From the NCBI GenBank assembly GCA_044869275.1, contig JBIOXB010000102.1, positions 1 to 24,360 of the forward strand: 24,360 bases of DNA. Direction: 5' to 3'. The position numbers and the translations under genes were made by a program. Positions 8,221 through 17,400 of the stretch are shown one piece after another. The notes under the pieces are model-generated. The model did not search any database. It was not told where the DNA came from and saw only the letters and a list, made by a program, of their open reading frames with translations. Each line of letters starts with the position of its first letter. The first letter of the stretch is position 1. Source of the DNA: a bacterium (GTDB taxonomy: Bacteria > Zhuqueibacterota > Zhuqueibacteria > Zhuqueibacterales > Zhuqueibacteraceae).

Positions 8221-8306
8221 GATTTTTCTCGTGGGTTTGAGACGAAGCTTCGAGGGTAGTTTCTTGCGAGTTCAATCGTCGCAAAAAAAGCAAACCAGGT
8301 CTTTTT

Positions 8307-9125
8307 CTACTCCTTCAATCCCGCCGCCATGATGCCACTGATATAATGTTTTTGCAGCGCGATGAAAACGGCCATCACCGGCAAGATCGTGATCACCGCG
8401 CCGGCCATCATCAGCTCGGTATCTTGCACATGCTCGCCGGTGAGATTGGCCAGGGCTACCGGCAACGTGTACATCGAATCATCCGTCAGCACAATCAACG
8501 GCCAGAGAAAATCGTTCCACGTCCCCATGAAGGTGAAGAGGGCGAGCGTGACGAGAATGGGCCGGCACAAAGGCAGGATCACGGACCAGTAAATGCGGAA
8601 GTCGCTCGACCCGTCCATGCGCGCCGCTTCGATGAAACTGTCCGGAATGGAAAGCGCGAACTGCCGGACCAAGAAAATGCCGTAAATCGTCGCCATCCCC
8701 GCCACCATCACGCCGAAGTAAGTGTTGATCAATCCCATTTTATTCAGCATGAGGAACAGGGGCAGCGTAGTGACTTGCGCGGGAATGACCATCTCCGCGA
8801 CCAGAAAACGGAAGAGCCGGTCTTTGCCCGGAAAGCGGTATTTGGCAAACGCATAGCCGGCCATCGAATTGAAGAAAAGCGAGATCAGTGTTATACTCAC
8901 GCTCAGAATCAGGCTGTTGATCAAATAACGAAAAAGCTGAAGCCGCGTGAAGAGTGTCACGTAGTGCTCCCAAGTGGGCTGGGAGGGCAGCAGCTTCGGC
9001 GGGAACGTGCTGGCCTCGCCCGTGGCCATGAACGAGGCCGAGACCATCCAGAACGCCGGTGTCAGCGTCACCACGGCAATCATTATCGCGAGACCCAGGA
9101 GCAGGACCTTGCTCAAGCTCTTCAT
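8307..9125 (-). CDS. Carbohydrate ABC transporter permease (MalG-like)
   Basis: About 6 TM segments, EAA loop SFIEAARMDGSS, and FMGTWNDFLWPL. ATG 9125 overlaps the upstream stop (ATGA). Confidence 0.95.
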   Translation of the reverse strand: MKSLSKVLLLGLAIMIAVVTLTPAFWMVSASFMATGEASTFPPKLLPSQPTWEHYVTLFTRLQLFRYLINSLILSVSITLISLFFNSMAGYAFAKYRFPGKDRLFRFLVAEMVIPAQVTTLPLFLMLNKMGLINTYFGVMVAGMATIYGIFLVRQFALSIPDSFIEAARMDGSSDFRIYWSVILPLCRPILVTLALFTFMGTWNDFLWPLIVLTDDSMYTLPVALANLTGEHVQDTELMMAGAVITILPVMAVFIALQKHYISGIMAAGLKE

Positions 9126-10042
9126 GGCGCCTCGCTTCGCTTTTGCAATTTGGATTGCAACAGGGACCCCGCCAAAATGACGCCGAAGAGCACGAAGGCA
9201 ATCGCCGCGGAATAGCCCAAATTCCACCAGCGGAAACCTTGCTGATACATGAGCAGCACGATGCTGAGTGTGCTGTTGACTGGCCCGCCCTGGGTCATGA
9301 CGTAAGGCTCGGTGAACAACTGAAAGTTATTGATCATCGCGATGATGCTGACGAATACCGTGGTGGGCGCGAGCATCGGCAGCGTGATGCTCTTGAACTG
9401 CTGCCAGGCGTTTGCCCCGTCCATGTGCGCCGCTTCGTACAGCTCATTGGGAATGCTCTGCAGGCCCGCGACAAAGATGATCATGTTGTAGCCAAACCCC
9501 TTCCATACCGACATGAGAATGATGGCGGGCATGGCCCACGCCGGATCGCCCAGCCAGTCGATGGGCGTGATGCCGAAAAAGCCGAGCGCATAATTCAACA
9601 AGCCGAAGCGGGGATGGTAGAGGAAGCGCCACACCACGGCGACGGCGACCAGGGTGGTGACCACCGGCATGAAGTAGATCGTGCGGAAAAGGCTTTTGTA
9701 GCGCACCAGTTTGGAATGGAGCAATAACGCCGTGGCCAGGGAGACGGCAATCGAGAGCGGCCCGCCCACCAGCACATAATACATGGTGTTGGCCATCGCT
9801 TGCCAGAACAGCGGGTCGTCGAGCAGCTGCAGGTAGTTCTTCAGGCCAACAAACCGCGCGTACTCGAAATTGCTCAGCGCATAGATATCGAAATCGGTGA
9901 AGCTCAAAACAAACGCCGCCAGCGCCGGCAAGAAAAAGAAAACAAAAATCGGAATGAGCGCGGGCGCGAGAAAAAAATAGGCGGCACGGCGCAGGCTTTT
10001 GATCTCCAGGCTGAGCGAGCGAGGCTGAAGAGTACGGCTCAT
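9122..10042 (-). CDS. Carbohydrate ABC transporter permease (MalF/UgpA-like)
   Basis: FVGLKNY, WKGFGYNMIIFVAGLQSIP, EAA loop ELYEAAHMDGA, and YVMTQGGP. Confidence 0.95.
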   Translation of the reverse strand: MSRTLQPRSLSLEIKSLRRAAYFFLAPALIPIFVFFFLPALAAFVLSFTDFDIYALSNFEYARFVGLKNYLQLLDDPLFWQAMANTMYYVLVGGPLSIAVSLATALLLHSKLVRYKSLFRTIYFMPVVTTLVAVAVVWRFLYHPRFGLLNYALGFFGITPIDWLGDPAWAMPAIILMSVWKGFGYNMIIFVAGLQSIPNELYEAAHMDGANAWQQFKSITLPMLAPTTVFVSIIAMINNFQLFTEPYVMTQGGPVNSTLSIVLLMYQQGFRWWNLGYSAAIAFVLFGVILAGSLLQSKLQKRSEAP

Positions 10043-10213
10043 GGCAAGTCGGCTCTATCTACGACAAATGAAATTCACACAGCAGCAATAGCACAATTAT
10101 CCTGCGAAAAAGTAGAAGGCAGAAAGATGTAGGGCAGAAAAATGTTTGTCGTTTGCCTCATCCCCGCCAACCAGCCCTCCGGGCGGCAAAAAAACAAAAA
10201 GCTCTTCAACACG

Positions 10214-10485
10214 GCCACAGAGCGCACGGAGTTTCACCGCGCGGCTGAGCCGCAACCAAAATGGCTACACACGGATCAAAAAACCACACGGAAATTTTTA
10301 ACTATCTGCGTGGCTTTTTAATCCGCGTGGAATTAATCTTTGCTGTCTTGCAAAGATCTCACTTCTAGCTGTCTACGCCAGAAACTTTGTTAAAAAAGCT
10401 AAGCTTTGCGAGTTTGTATCACAGAGAATTCTTGGGAACTCCGCCCAATGAAACTCACTCTGTGACTCTCCGTGCGCTCTGTGGC
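10214..10485. repeat. CACAGAG-type palindrome with perfect 18-bp outer arms, interrupted by an insertion
   Basis: GCCACAGAGCGCACGGAG (10214-10231) and CTCCGTGCGCTCTGTGGC (10468-10485). Third unit TCACAGAG (10419-10426) pairs with CTCTGTGA (10458-10465). Confidence 0.85.
10238..10418. mobile_element. 181-bp TIR-less insert flanked by a TCAC direct repeat; carries double-core palindrome D
   Basis: TCAC at 10234-10237 and 10419-10422; excision restores TTTCACAGAG. Internal hairpins GCGGC-TGA-GCCGC (10241-10253), CACACGGA x2 with degenerate complements (10268-10329), and ATCTTTGC/GCAAAGAT (10336-10357). Confidence 0.6.
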
Positions 10486-10641
10486 TGCTTGTTCTGTGTT
10501 TGAATAGATAATCCGCCTACACCGACTATTGCCGGATAGGTTTTCCGAGAAGATCTTGCGAATTTCTTGCCACTCCGCATATTTGCGTGCGCTGTTGGTA
10601 TTATTGCAGCTCGTCCAAATTGCGGTAGTCAGCTTGCAGTT

Positions 10642-12051
10642 CTACCTGCGCTCCAGCATCCACCGGCGTTTTTCCAGAATGAGATTGACGTCGCGGTCGA
10701 GCGCGGCCAGGGCCTCCGCGGCCGGCAGCCGTCGCAAAGAGACGGCTTCGGCATATTGCTGAATTTTCATGGCAATCTGCTCCCACTCGGGAATCTTCGG
10801 CGTGGGCACAACGTGCTCGAGCTGCCGGTGAAAGGCTTGGACGTAGACATTGTTGGTGAATGAGGTGTCATTCCAGGCCTCACGCACGGCGGGCAGATCG
10901 CCCGTAATTCTGTAGAACTCGAGCTGCTGTTGCGCCTCGGCGAGATACTCGATGAGCTTCCAGGCTTCGGCTTTTTTTTGTGAGGGCTTGAAAATGACCA
11001 GGCTCGCACCGCCGGCCAGTGAAACGCCGGGCGTGCGCGCGTCAGGACCGGGCATCGGCGCCGTCATCCATTGGCCCTGCAATGCCGTGGGCAAGCGTTT
11101 GCGAAATTCTCCAATGTTCCAGGGTCCGGTGATGTACATGGCAAAAAACCCTTCGGCGAGGCCTTGATAAACGTTGGTCACTTGCGTGATGCCGGTCGGG
11201 GCCAGTTGCTCGTCATAAAACTGTGTCAAAAACCCAAAGGCTCTGGAGAATGGCGCACCGCTGAAATCGCCATACCGATCGTCTTCCTTCAACAATGATG
11301 ATCCGGCTTGCAGCCCGGCGATCACGAACGGCGCCCATTCATTGGTCGGGAGTAAGATGGCATAGTTTTCTCGTCCGCCTGGCAGTTGCTTGATCTTTGT
11401 CGAAACCTCGCGCCACTCCTCCCAGGTTCTGGGCGCATGCTCGTACCCGGCCTGCTTGAAAAGATCCTTGCGATAAAACAGCAGTCGGGTGTCCACGTAC
11501 CAGGGAATGCCAAAAGGAGAATGGACGATGACATTGGTTTCCCAAATGCCAGGGAAATATTTTTCCGGCTTGACGGTCGTAGAGCCGGCGATCCAGGGGC
11601 CCAAGTCTTCCAGCGTATTGAGCAAGCTGAATTCGGGAATCCATGTGTTGCCGAGCTGGCATAGGTCCGGCAGAGAATTTCCGGCATAGGCGGTGAGCAG
11701 TTTCTCATGCGCCGCGGTCCACGGTATGCCTTGAACCTTCACTTCGAGGCCGGGATGGCGCCGCTGAAATTCGGGCATGAGCTTTTGCACATGTTCCCCT
11801 TCTGCTCCCATGGCCCAAAACTTGATCACGGTCCTTTCGCTTTTGGAAAACTGGCAGGCGGTGAGGGCGAGCAGAATGGACGTGGCCAAGAGGCATAAGA
11901 GCGGCCTCCTCTCAATGCTGTCATTCTGGAAGAATCTTCCCGGGTACTCGGTACACTTCCAACACGAACCGCGCGCGCAGTTCACGGGACGATTCCCGCG
12001 GCAGAATAACATCTGTGCGTGGATCATTAAAGTGTGATTGATCGCCGGCAT
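10642..12051 (-). CDS. Sugar ABC transporter substrate-binding lipoprotein (start uncertain)
   Basis: Lipobox LTAC (Cys codon 11856-11854). IKFWAMGAEG, PWTAAHEKLLTA, PDLCQLGNTWIPEF, IPWYVDTRLLFYRKDL and AMYITGPWNI are SBP family 1 motifs. In-frame start candidates: 12051, 12027, 12012, 11985 (GTG), 11889 (TTG). Confidence 0.9.
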   Translation of the reverse strand: MPAINHTLMIHAQMLFCRGNRPVNCARGSCWKCTEYPGRFFQNDSIERRPLLCLLATSILLALTACQFSKSERTVIKFWAMGAEGEHVQKLMPEFQRRHPGLEVKVQGIPWTAAHEKLLTAYAGNSLPDLCQLGNTWIPEFSLLNTLEDLGPWIAGSTTVKPEKYFPGIWETNVIVHSPFGIPWYVDTRLLFYRKDLFKQAGYEHAPRTWEEWREVSTKIKQLPGGRENYAILLPTNEWAPFVIAGLQAGSSLLKEDDRYGDFSGAPFSRAFGFLTQFYDEQLAPTGITQVTNVYQGLAEGFFAMYITGPWNIGEFRKRLPTALQGQWMTAPMPGPDARTPGVSLAGGASLVIFKPSQKKAEAWKLIEYLAEAQQQLEFYRITGDLPAVREAWNDTSFTNNVYVQAFHRQLEHVVPTPKIPEWEQIAMKIQQYAEAVSLRRLPAAEALAALDRDVNLILEKRRWMLERR

Positions 12052-12052
12052 C

Positions 12053-14317
12053 TTATTCCACCACCTCGAATCTCGCCTGCAATACCTCGGCGGAATTCGT
12101 TCCGACAAAAACTTTGAACCATCCGGGTTCAACGATTCTCTTCATTTCGAGATTGTAGAAAGCGAGCTGCTCGCGCTTGAGCACAAAATCGACCGGTTTG
12201 GTTTCGCCTGGGCTCAAGCTGATGCGCTGGAACGCCTTGAGTTCCTTCACCGGCCGCGTCACGCTGGCAAATTCGTCTTGCACGTAAAGCTGCACGATCT
12301 CATCGCCCTTGATCGTTCCGGTGTTTTTGACTGCAACCGATACGCGCAGCGAGTCCTTCATATGGATGCGATTTGCGCCCAGGCGCAAATTGGTGTACTC
12401 AAAGGAGGTATAACTCAATCCAAATCCGAAGGGAAACAGCGGCGTGTTGGGAATATCGAGATACTTCGAGGTGAATTTGTCGCTGGAAAATGGGCGTCCG
12501 GTATTTTTGTAATTATAATAAATCGGAACCTGCCCCAACGCGCGTGGAAACGTAACCGGCAGCTTGCCGCTGGGATTGGCGTCGCCGAACAAAACGTCGG
12601 CAACGGCATGGCCGTGCTGAATGCCGAGAAACCATGTTTCCACAATCGCCGGAACATGCTCCGCGGCCCATGAAATGACGAGCGGCCGGCCATTCATCAA
12701 CACCATGATTACCGGCTTGCCGGTGGCGCAGATCAGTTCCACAAACTCCTGCTGCACCCCGGGCAGATCCAGCGTCGATCGGCTCGAAGCTTCTCCGCTC
12801 ATGGCAGCATCTTCGCCCACGACGAGTATGATCGCATCGGCTTGTTGCGCCAGACTTTGGGCTTGTGCAAAACCGGCCTTGGAATTATCGTTAACGCCGC
12901 AGCCGCGGGCGTGCAACACCCGGGTTTGCAGCGAAACCTTGTCTTTGATGCCCTGCAAAACGCTGACGGCGTTTTCGGGTTTGCCCTCGCAGCCCCATGG
13001 TCCAATCGGCGCTTGGCTGTCGTCCGCGAGCGGACCGAGCACGGCCAGGGTCTTGACCGTTTTACGCAGCGGCAAAGTGCCTTTTTCATTCCTCAATAGC
13101 ACGAGGGATTTCCGCGCCACGTCACGCGCAAAGTCGACATGTTCCTTTTTCATCAGGGTATTCTGCTCGCGCACCGGGTCGGCATCGCGATACCGACGGT
13201 CGAACAAACCGAGCTTAAACTTCGCCAGCAGCACGCGCCGCACGGCTTGATTCACGGTTTCTTCGGAAATCTCTTTTGCGCGCACCATCGCCGCCACATC
13301 ACTCAGATAGATATTGCTCACCATGTCCATGTCCACTCCGGCGGCGAGCGCAAGCCTTCCCGCTACGGCGCGTGAGGCCGCTACGCCATGGGCCTGCAGT
13401 TCGGCGATCGAAGTCCAATCGCTGACCACAAAGCCCTCACTGCCCCACTCCCGGCGCAAAACCTCCGTGAGCAGCCAGTGATTCGCCGTGCTCGGAACGC
13501 CGGCGATCTCATTGAAAGAGGACATCAGGCTGCCAACGCCCGCCGCAATCGCAGCCTGGAAAGGCGGAAAGTAAATTTCGCGCAAGGTGCGCTCGGAAAC
13601 ATCAACGAGGTTATAGTCGCGGCCGGCCTCCGCGCCACCGTAGGCCGCAAAATGCTTGGCGCAAGCCATCAGCGCTTCACTCGAAGTCAAATCATTTCCC
13701 TGAAAACCTCGCACACGCGCCACGGCCATCATGGCGCCGAGATGCGGATCCTCGCCCGAGCCTTCGGCGATCCGGCCCCAGCGTGGATCGCGTGCAATGT
13801 CCACCATTGGTGCAAAGGTCCAATGAATGCCGGCGGCGGAAGCTTCGATCGCGGCGATTCTGGCCGCGCGTTCGACCGCGTCGAGATCCCATGTGCTCGC
13901 TTCGGCCAGGGGAATGGGAAACGTCGTGCGAAAGCCGTGAATCACATCCAAGCCGAAGATCAGCGGAATGCCCAGCCGCGATTCCTGCATTGCGATTTCC
14001 TGAGCCTGGCGCGTGACTTCCGCGCCCACCACGTTCAGAAAGGAGCCGACGGACCCCTTTCTAATCAGCGCCTTTTGATCTTCTTTGAGTTCTCCACGCC
14101 ATTGCCCGGACACCTGATGCAATTGGCCGAGCTTTTCCTCCAAAGTCATGCGCGCGAGCAGGGCGTCGATTTTGGACTGTATGCCAGTTTCGCGCGCGCG
14201 AGGATTGTTCTGCGTGCGCGCGGTTTGGGCAGTTTGTGCAAAGCCGGGTGCCACGGCAATAAATAGAATCGCCAAAGCGGCACCGATACTGTGCTCGAAG
14301 GATCGGGCGGTCATCAT
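12053..14317 (-). CDS. bglX: GH3 beta-glucosidase, BglX-like, exported
   Basis: MTLEEKLGQL, DVIHG, DIARDPRWGR, GEDP, KHFAAYG, nucleophile VSDW, SGEASSR, SGKLPVTFP and a C-terminal Fn3-like domain. Signal peptide ends ...PGFA/Q. GGGAG lies upstream of ATG 14317. Confidence 0.93.
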   Translation of the reverse strand: MMTARSFEHSIGAALAILFIAVAPGFAQTAQTARTQNNPRARETGIQSKIDALLARMTLEEKLGQLHQVSGQWRGELKEDQKALIRKGSVGSFLNVVGAEVTRQAQEIAMQESRLGIPLIFGLDVIHGFRTTFPIPLAEASTWDLDAVERAARIAAIEASAAGIHWTFAPMVDIARDPRWGRIAEGSGEDPHLGAMMAVARVRGFQGNDLTSSEALMACAKHFAAYGGAEAGRDYNLVDVSERTLREIYFPPFQAAIAAGVGSLMSSFNEIAGVPSTANHWLLTEVLRREWGSEGFVVSDWTSIAELQAHGVAASRAVAGRLALAAGVDMDMVSNIYLSDVAAMVRAKEISEETVNQAVRRVLLAKFKLGLFDRRYRDADPVREQNTLMKKEHVDFARDVARKSLVLLRNEKGTLPLRKTVKTLAVLGPLADDSQAPIGPWGCEGKPENAVSVLQGIKDKVSLQTRVLHARGCGVNDNSKAGFAQAQSLAQQADAIILVVGEDAAMSGEASSRSTLDLPGVQQEFVELICATGKPVIMVLMNGRPLVISWAAEHVPAIVETWFLGIQHGHAVADVLFGDANPSGKLPVTFPRALGQVPIYYNYKNTGRPFSSDKFTSKYLDIPNTPLFPFGFGLSYTSFEYTNLRLGANRIHMKDSLRVSVAVKNTGTIKGDEIVQLYVQDEFASVTRPVKELKAFQRISLSPGETKPVDFVLKREQLAFYNLEMKRIVEPGWFKVFVGTNSAEVLQARFEVVE

Positions 14318-14430
14318 CAAAATTTTCTCCCAATAACCAGAAGCCGGCGAAACAATTTGCTCAGGTGTGTGCCATCGAGTGTTTTCAAAAATATGCAACG
14401 GCCTCGACGAAGAGTGAAAACCATGCCTGC

Positions 14431-17400
14431 TCAGCGGGTGACGCTCATCGTCACCCGTGCCGGGAGCACGTTCACTCTCACTTCTTTCGCGTTGAAGGCT
14501 TTGCTCTTTTTGCCATTCACCACGACAGCTTTCAAATCCGAGGAAAAAGGCGACTTTAAAACGATCTTGCCGGGCGGCATGTGCAGATTTCCGCCCAATT
14601 CAACGTGGAGGGTGCCGTCATGCATTTGCATGCGGTAATCGAGCGTGCCGTAATAGGTGTGCAGGTTCTTCACTGCAATTCCGGCGGGATCGCGTACCCA
14701 TTTTTCGGGAATGCCCGCGGCGACGACCAGCGCTTGGTCTTTTTCTCTTTCGTAAACGAAAAAGCTGCGCAGCGAGCGCATAAAGTCCGAGCCCACCCAG
14801 GTGTGGGGCATGTCGCCGATCATTTTCGGCGTGGCCGGATCGCGCCAAACCACCTCGGCCCAATGATTCCAGCCCGGCGGCCTGCGATCTTTCAGAAAGA
14901 AATCGAGCAGCTCATGCGCGCGCTCTTTTTGATCGAGAAGAATGAACGTGCCCATCAAGCGCGTTTCGTACGGCGTGTAATTTATCCAGTCGATGGCGTT
15001 GTGCCGGCGCTGGTCAAAGTACTCGAAATACTTCGCGAACGTCTTTTGCAGCTCAGGTTCCGGAAGGTTGCCGAGCTCATTCACCGGAGAGACGCCGACC
15101 GTGGTTGAGGTCGCGTCGAAATCGCCCAATTCCACACAGCCGGGAATGAAGTCGATATTCTTGTTTGCCATTGCCAGCCGCAGCGAAACATAGAGGCAAT
15201 TGCGGAAATCCTCAAGCTCGGCGGCGAATTCCTGCGCCAGCGTATTCTCGTGCAAAATGCCCGCCATCTGGGTGGCATCCTTCAAACCGCGTAAAATGAA
15301 AAAATCATCCCAGTACGAATGCATCGGTTTTGCCGAGTAACCCTCATGACTGATGGATTCCGGCACCAGTCCGAAGCAGGCGCGCTGCTCCGGCGTGCCG
15401 TGGCGATAGGTATCCGTCATGCGCTCGCGGCGCAGTGTTTGAATGTAGCGCACGGCATTCACCACATAGGGAAATTTCTCGCGCAACCAGGTGGTGTCTC
15501 GCGTAAAATGAAAATATTCCATCATGGCATAGATCAACTGGCCGTGGCTGTCATGCTCCGGCACCGGATCGGCGCCGCGCGTATCGACCACACAAGGCAC
15601 TTTGCCGCTGGGATATTGGTGCGGCGCGTACCAATCGAGATACTCGCGCACCTCCGGGGAATTGCCGGTTTGCAGCATGGCCGCGGAAGTGAGCGAGCCG
15701 TCGCGAATCCATGCGCGCTCGTAGGTGCGCGATCCGGGTTGAATCGCGGGGCCGTCGCGGTTGATCAAAATGTAAGCGAGTTGAGATTTGAAACAGTCGA
15801 CGATGGGCTGCGCAAAGGCGGGAAGCCGAATCTCGACTTGATCGAGTTTCGCTTCCCAAAACTTCTTGGTGTCGTGAAATAGTTGCTCCACTTGCCATTT
15901 GCCGTTTGCAACACCGCTCCCTTGCTCCCCGTCATGCAAGGGTACAATCAACTCAAATTTTTGCGAGGCCGCGGGCGCAAGATTGAAATCGAACGCGAGC
16001 GCCGCCGAGGCGAAGCCGAGCACGTCCTTGGCATAAGGATTCGGCGGCAGGACGCCCTTTTGCAAATATTCCGTAATGTCGCCCTGATCGAACGTCGCTG
16101 CGCCGAAGCCATTTGGAGCTTGCACCGGCATGAGGCGTTTATCCTGATTGGCGAAGACCGTGCTGTTCACGTAGCGTACGCTATCGAGGCGCGAGACGCC
16201 GCCGATAATATTCAATTCCTGCCAGGGCGGCAATACCTGAAATGGCCGGAGCGCAACAAACAACTTTCCAGCCGCTGCCGCAGCAGTTTTGTTTTCGAGA
16301 AGATAAGCAGCAATCAAAACTGAATTCCCTGCCTCGCCGGCGGCAAAAGCGGTGACATGCAATTGCAGGCCTTGATCCTCCCAGTGCACCGAGGGAATGG
16401 GCAAATAATTCTGTTCAAGGGATTGCTTCAAGGCGACGTCATTCCATGTCACCAACCGTTGGTTGCGGTAAAGAAAGGGCTCCAGTGAAAAGCCGGCTTT
16501 AGCGACTTCAATGGCGCCATTCTCATTAATTAGTGCTTCCTTCGTATCACCACTCACCCCGACGATGGTCCAATAGGTTTGTTGCTGCAACAAGTGCTTT
16601 GGAAAATATCCGCGTGGCGCATGGACGGCGATGGCGTTGAAAAATGCGTTCGCGCTCGACGAAAAATCCGCAGCCTTGACTTCGAGCTGAGCCAGCCCAT
16701 AACCCTGGCCGCGACTGCTCCTTCTCAAATTCAAGCGCAAAAATTTCGCTTCGGCTTCGGGCAGATAGATGTAGTCGCGGCCGCCATTGCCGCCAACGAC
16801 GGCATGGCCGGAATACCATTCATTGCCGTCATCCGAGAGCTCAACTTCGTAGGCCGTGGCAAAATCATGCTGATGCCAATCAATGACCAGGCCGCCCACT
16901 TCCACTTCCTTTTGAAAATTGATCACCAGCCATTCGCGCTCCGATTTTCCCGCGCTCGTCCAATTCTTGACAACCTCACCGCCGGCTGAAATCCACGGCT
17001 GCGGCCCTTTCTTCGCGGAGGAGACTTTTATCTCCGCCGGGCGCGAGGGTTTTAAGGAATCGTCAATCGGCTCGAATCTGAGTTCATCAACATAAATTGT
17101 GCCTTTGCCACCAGAACCCGCAGACACCACAAACTCCATGCGATCTATTTTTGCAGGCATACCGCCGCCCGCTGGTCCCCAGGCAAAGGTGAGGTGGCGT
17201 TTCTTGATCGTTCTCTTTTTCCAAGCGCGCGGATATTCGAGGTTGAGCTGCTTGATCCAATAGACATTTCCCAGGGAATCGAGCAGTTTGAATTCGAAAT
17301 TGTTGCCGGGGGTATCGCCACGCAAGAAAAAGGTGAATTTGTAATTCGCTGGCAGCTCCAGGGGAATGCGCTTTTGCGCGATGGCGTAGCCTGAACCGGC

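Noticed and set aside
8346..9727. Long plus-strand ORFs (289 aa and 222 aa) opposite the permeases
   Set aside because: Antisense shadows of GC-rich hydrophobic genes with no recognisable motifs.
10510..10640. Coding-like minus-strand text (ELQADYRNLDELQ*...KYAEWQEIRKIFSENL) as a pseudogene
   Set aside because: It needs a stop and a frameshift, and I recognise no family; not supportable without a search.
12038..14266. Plus-strand ORFs of 209-292 aa opposite GH3
   Set aside because: Antisense shadows caused by codon bias.
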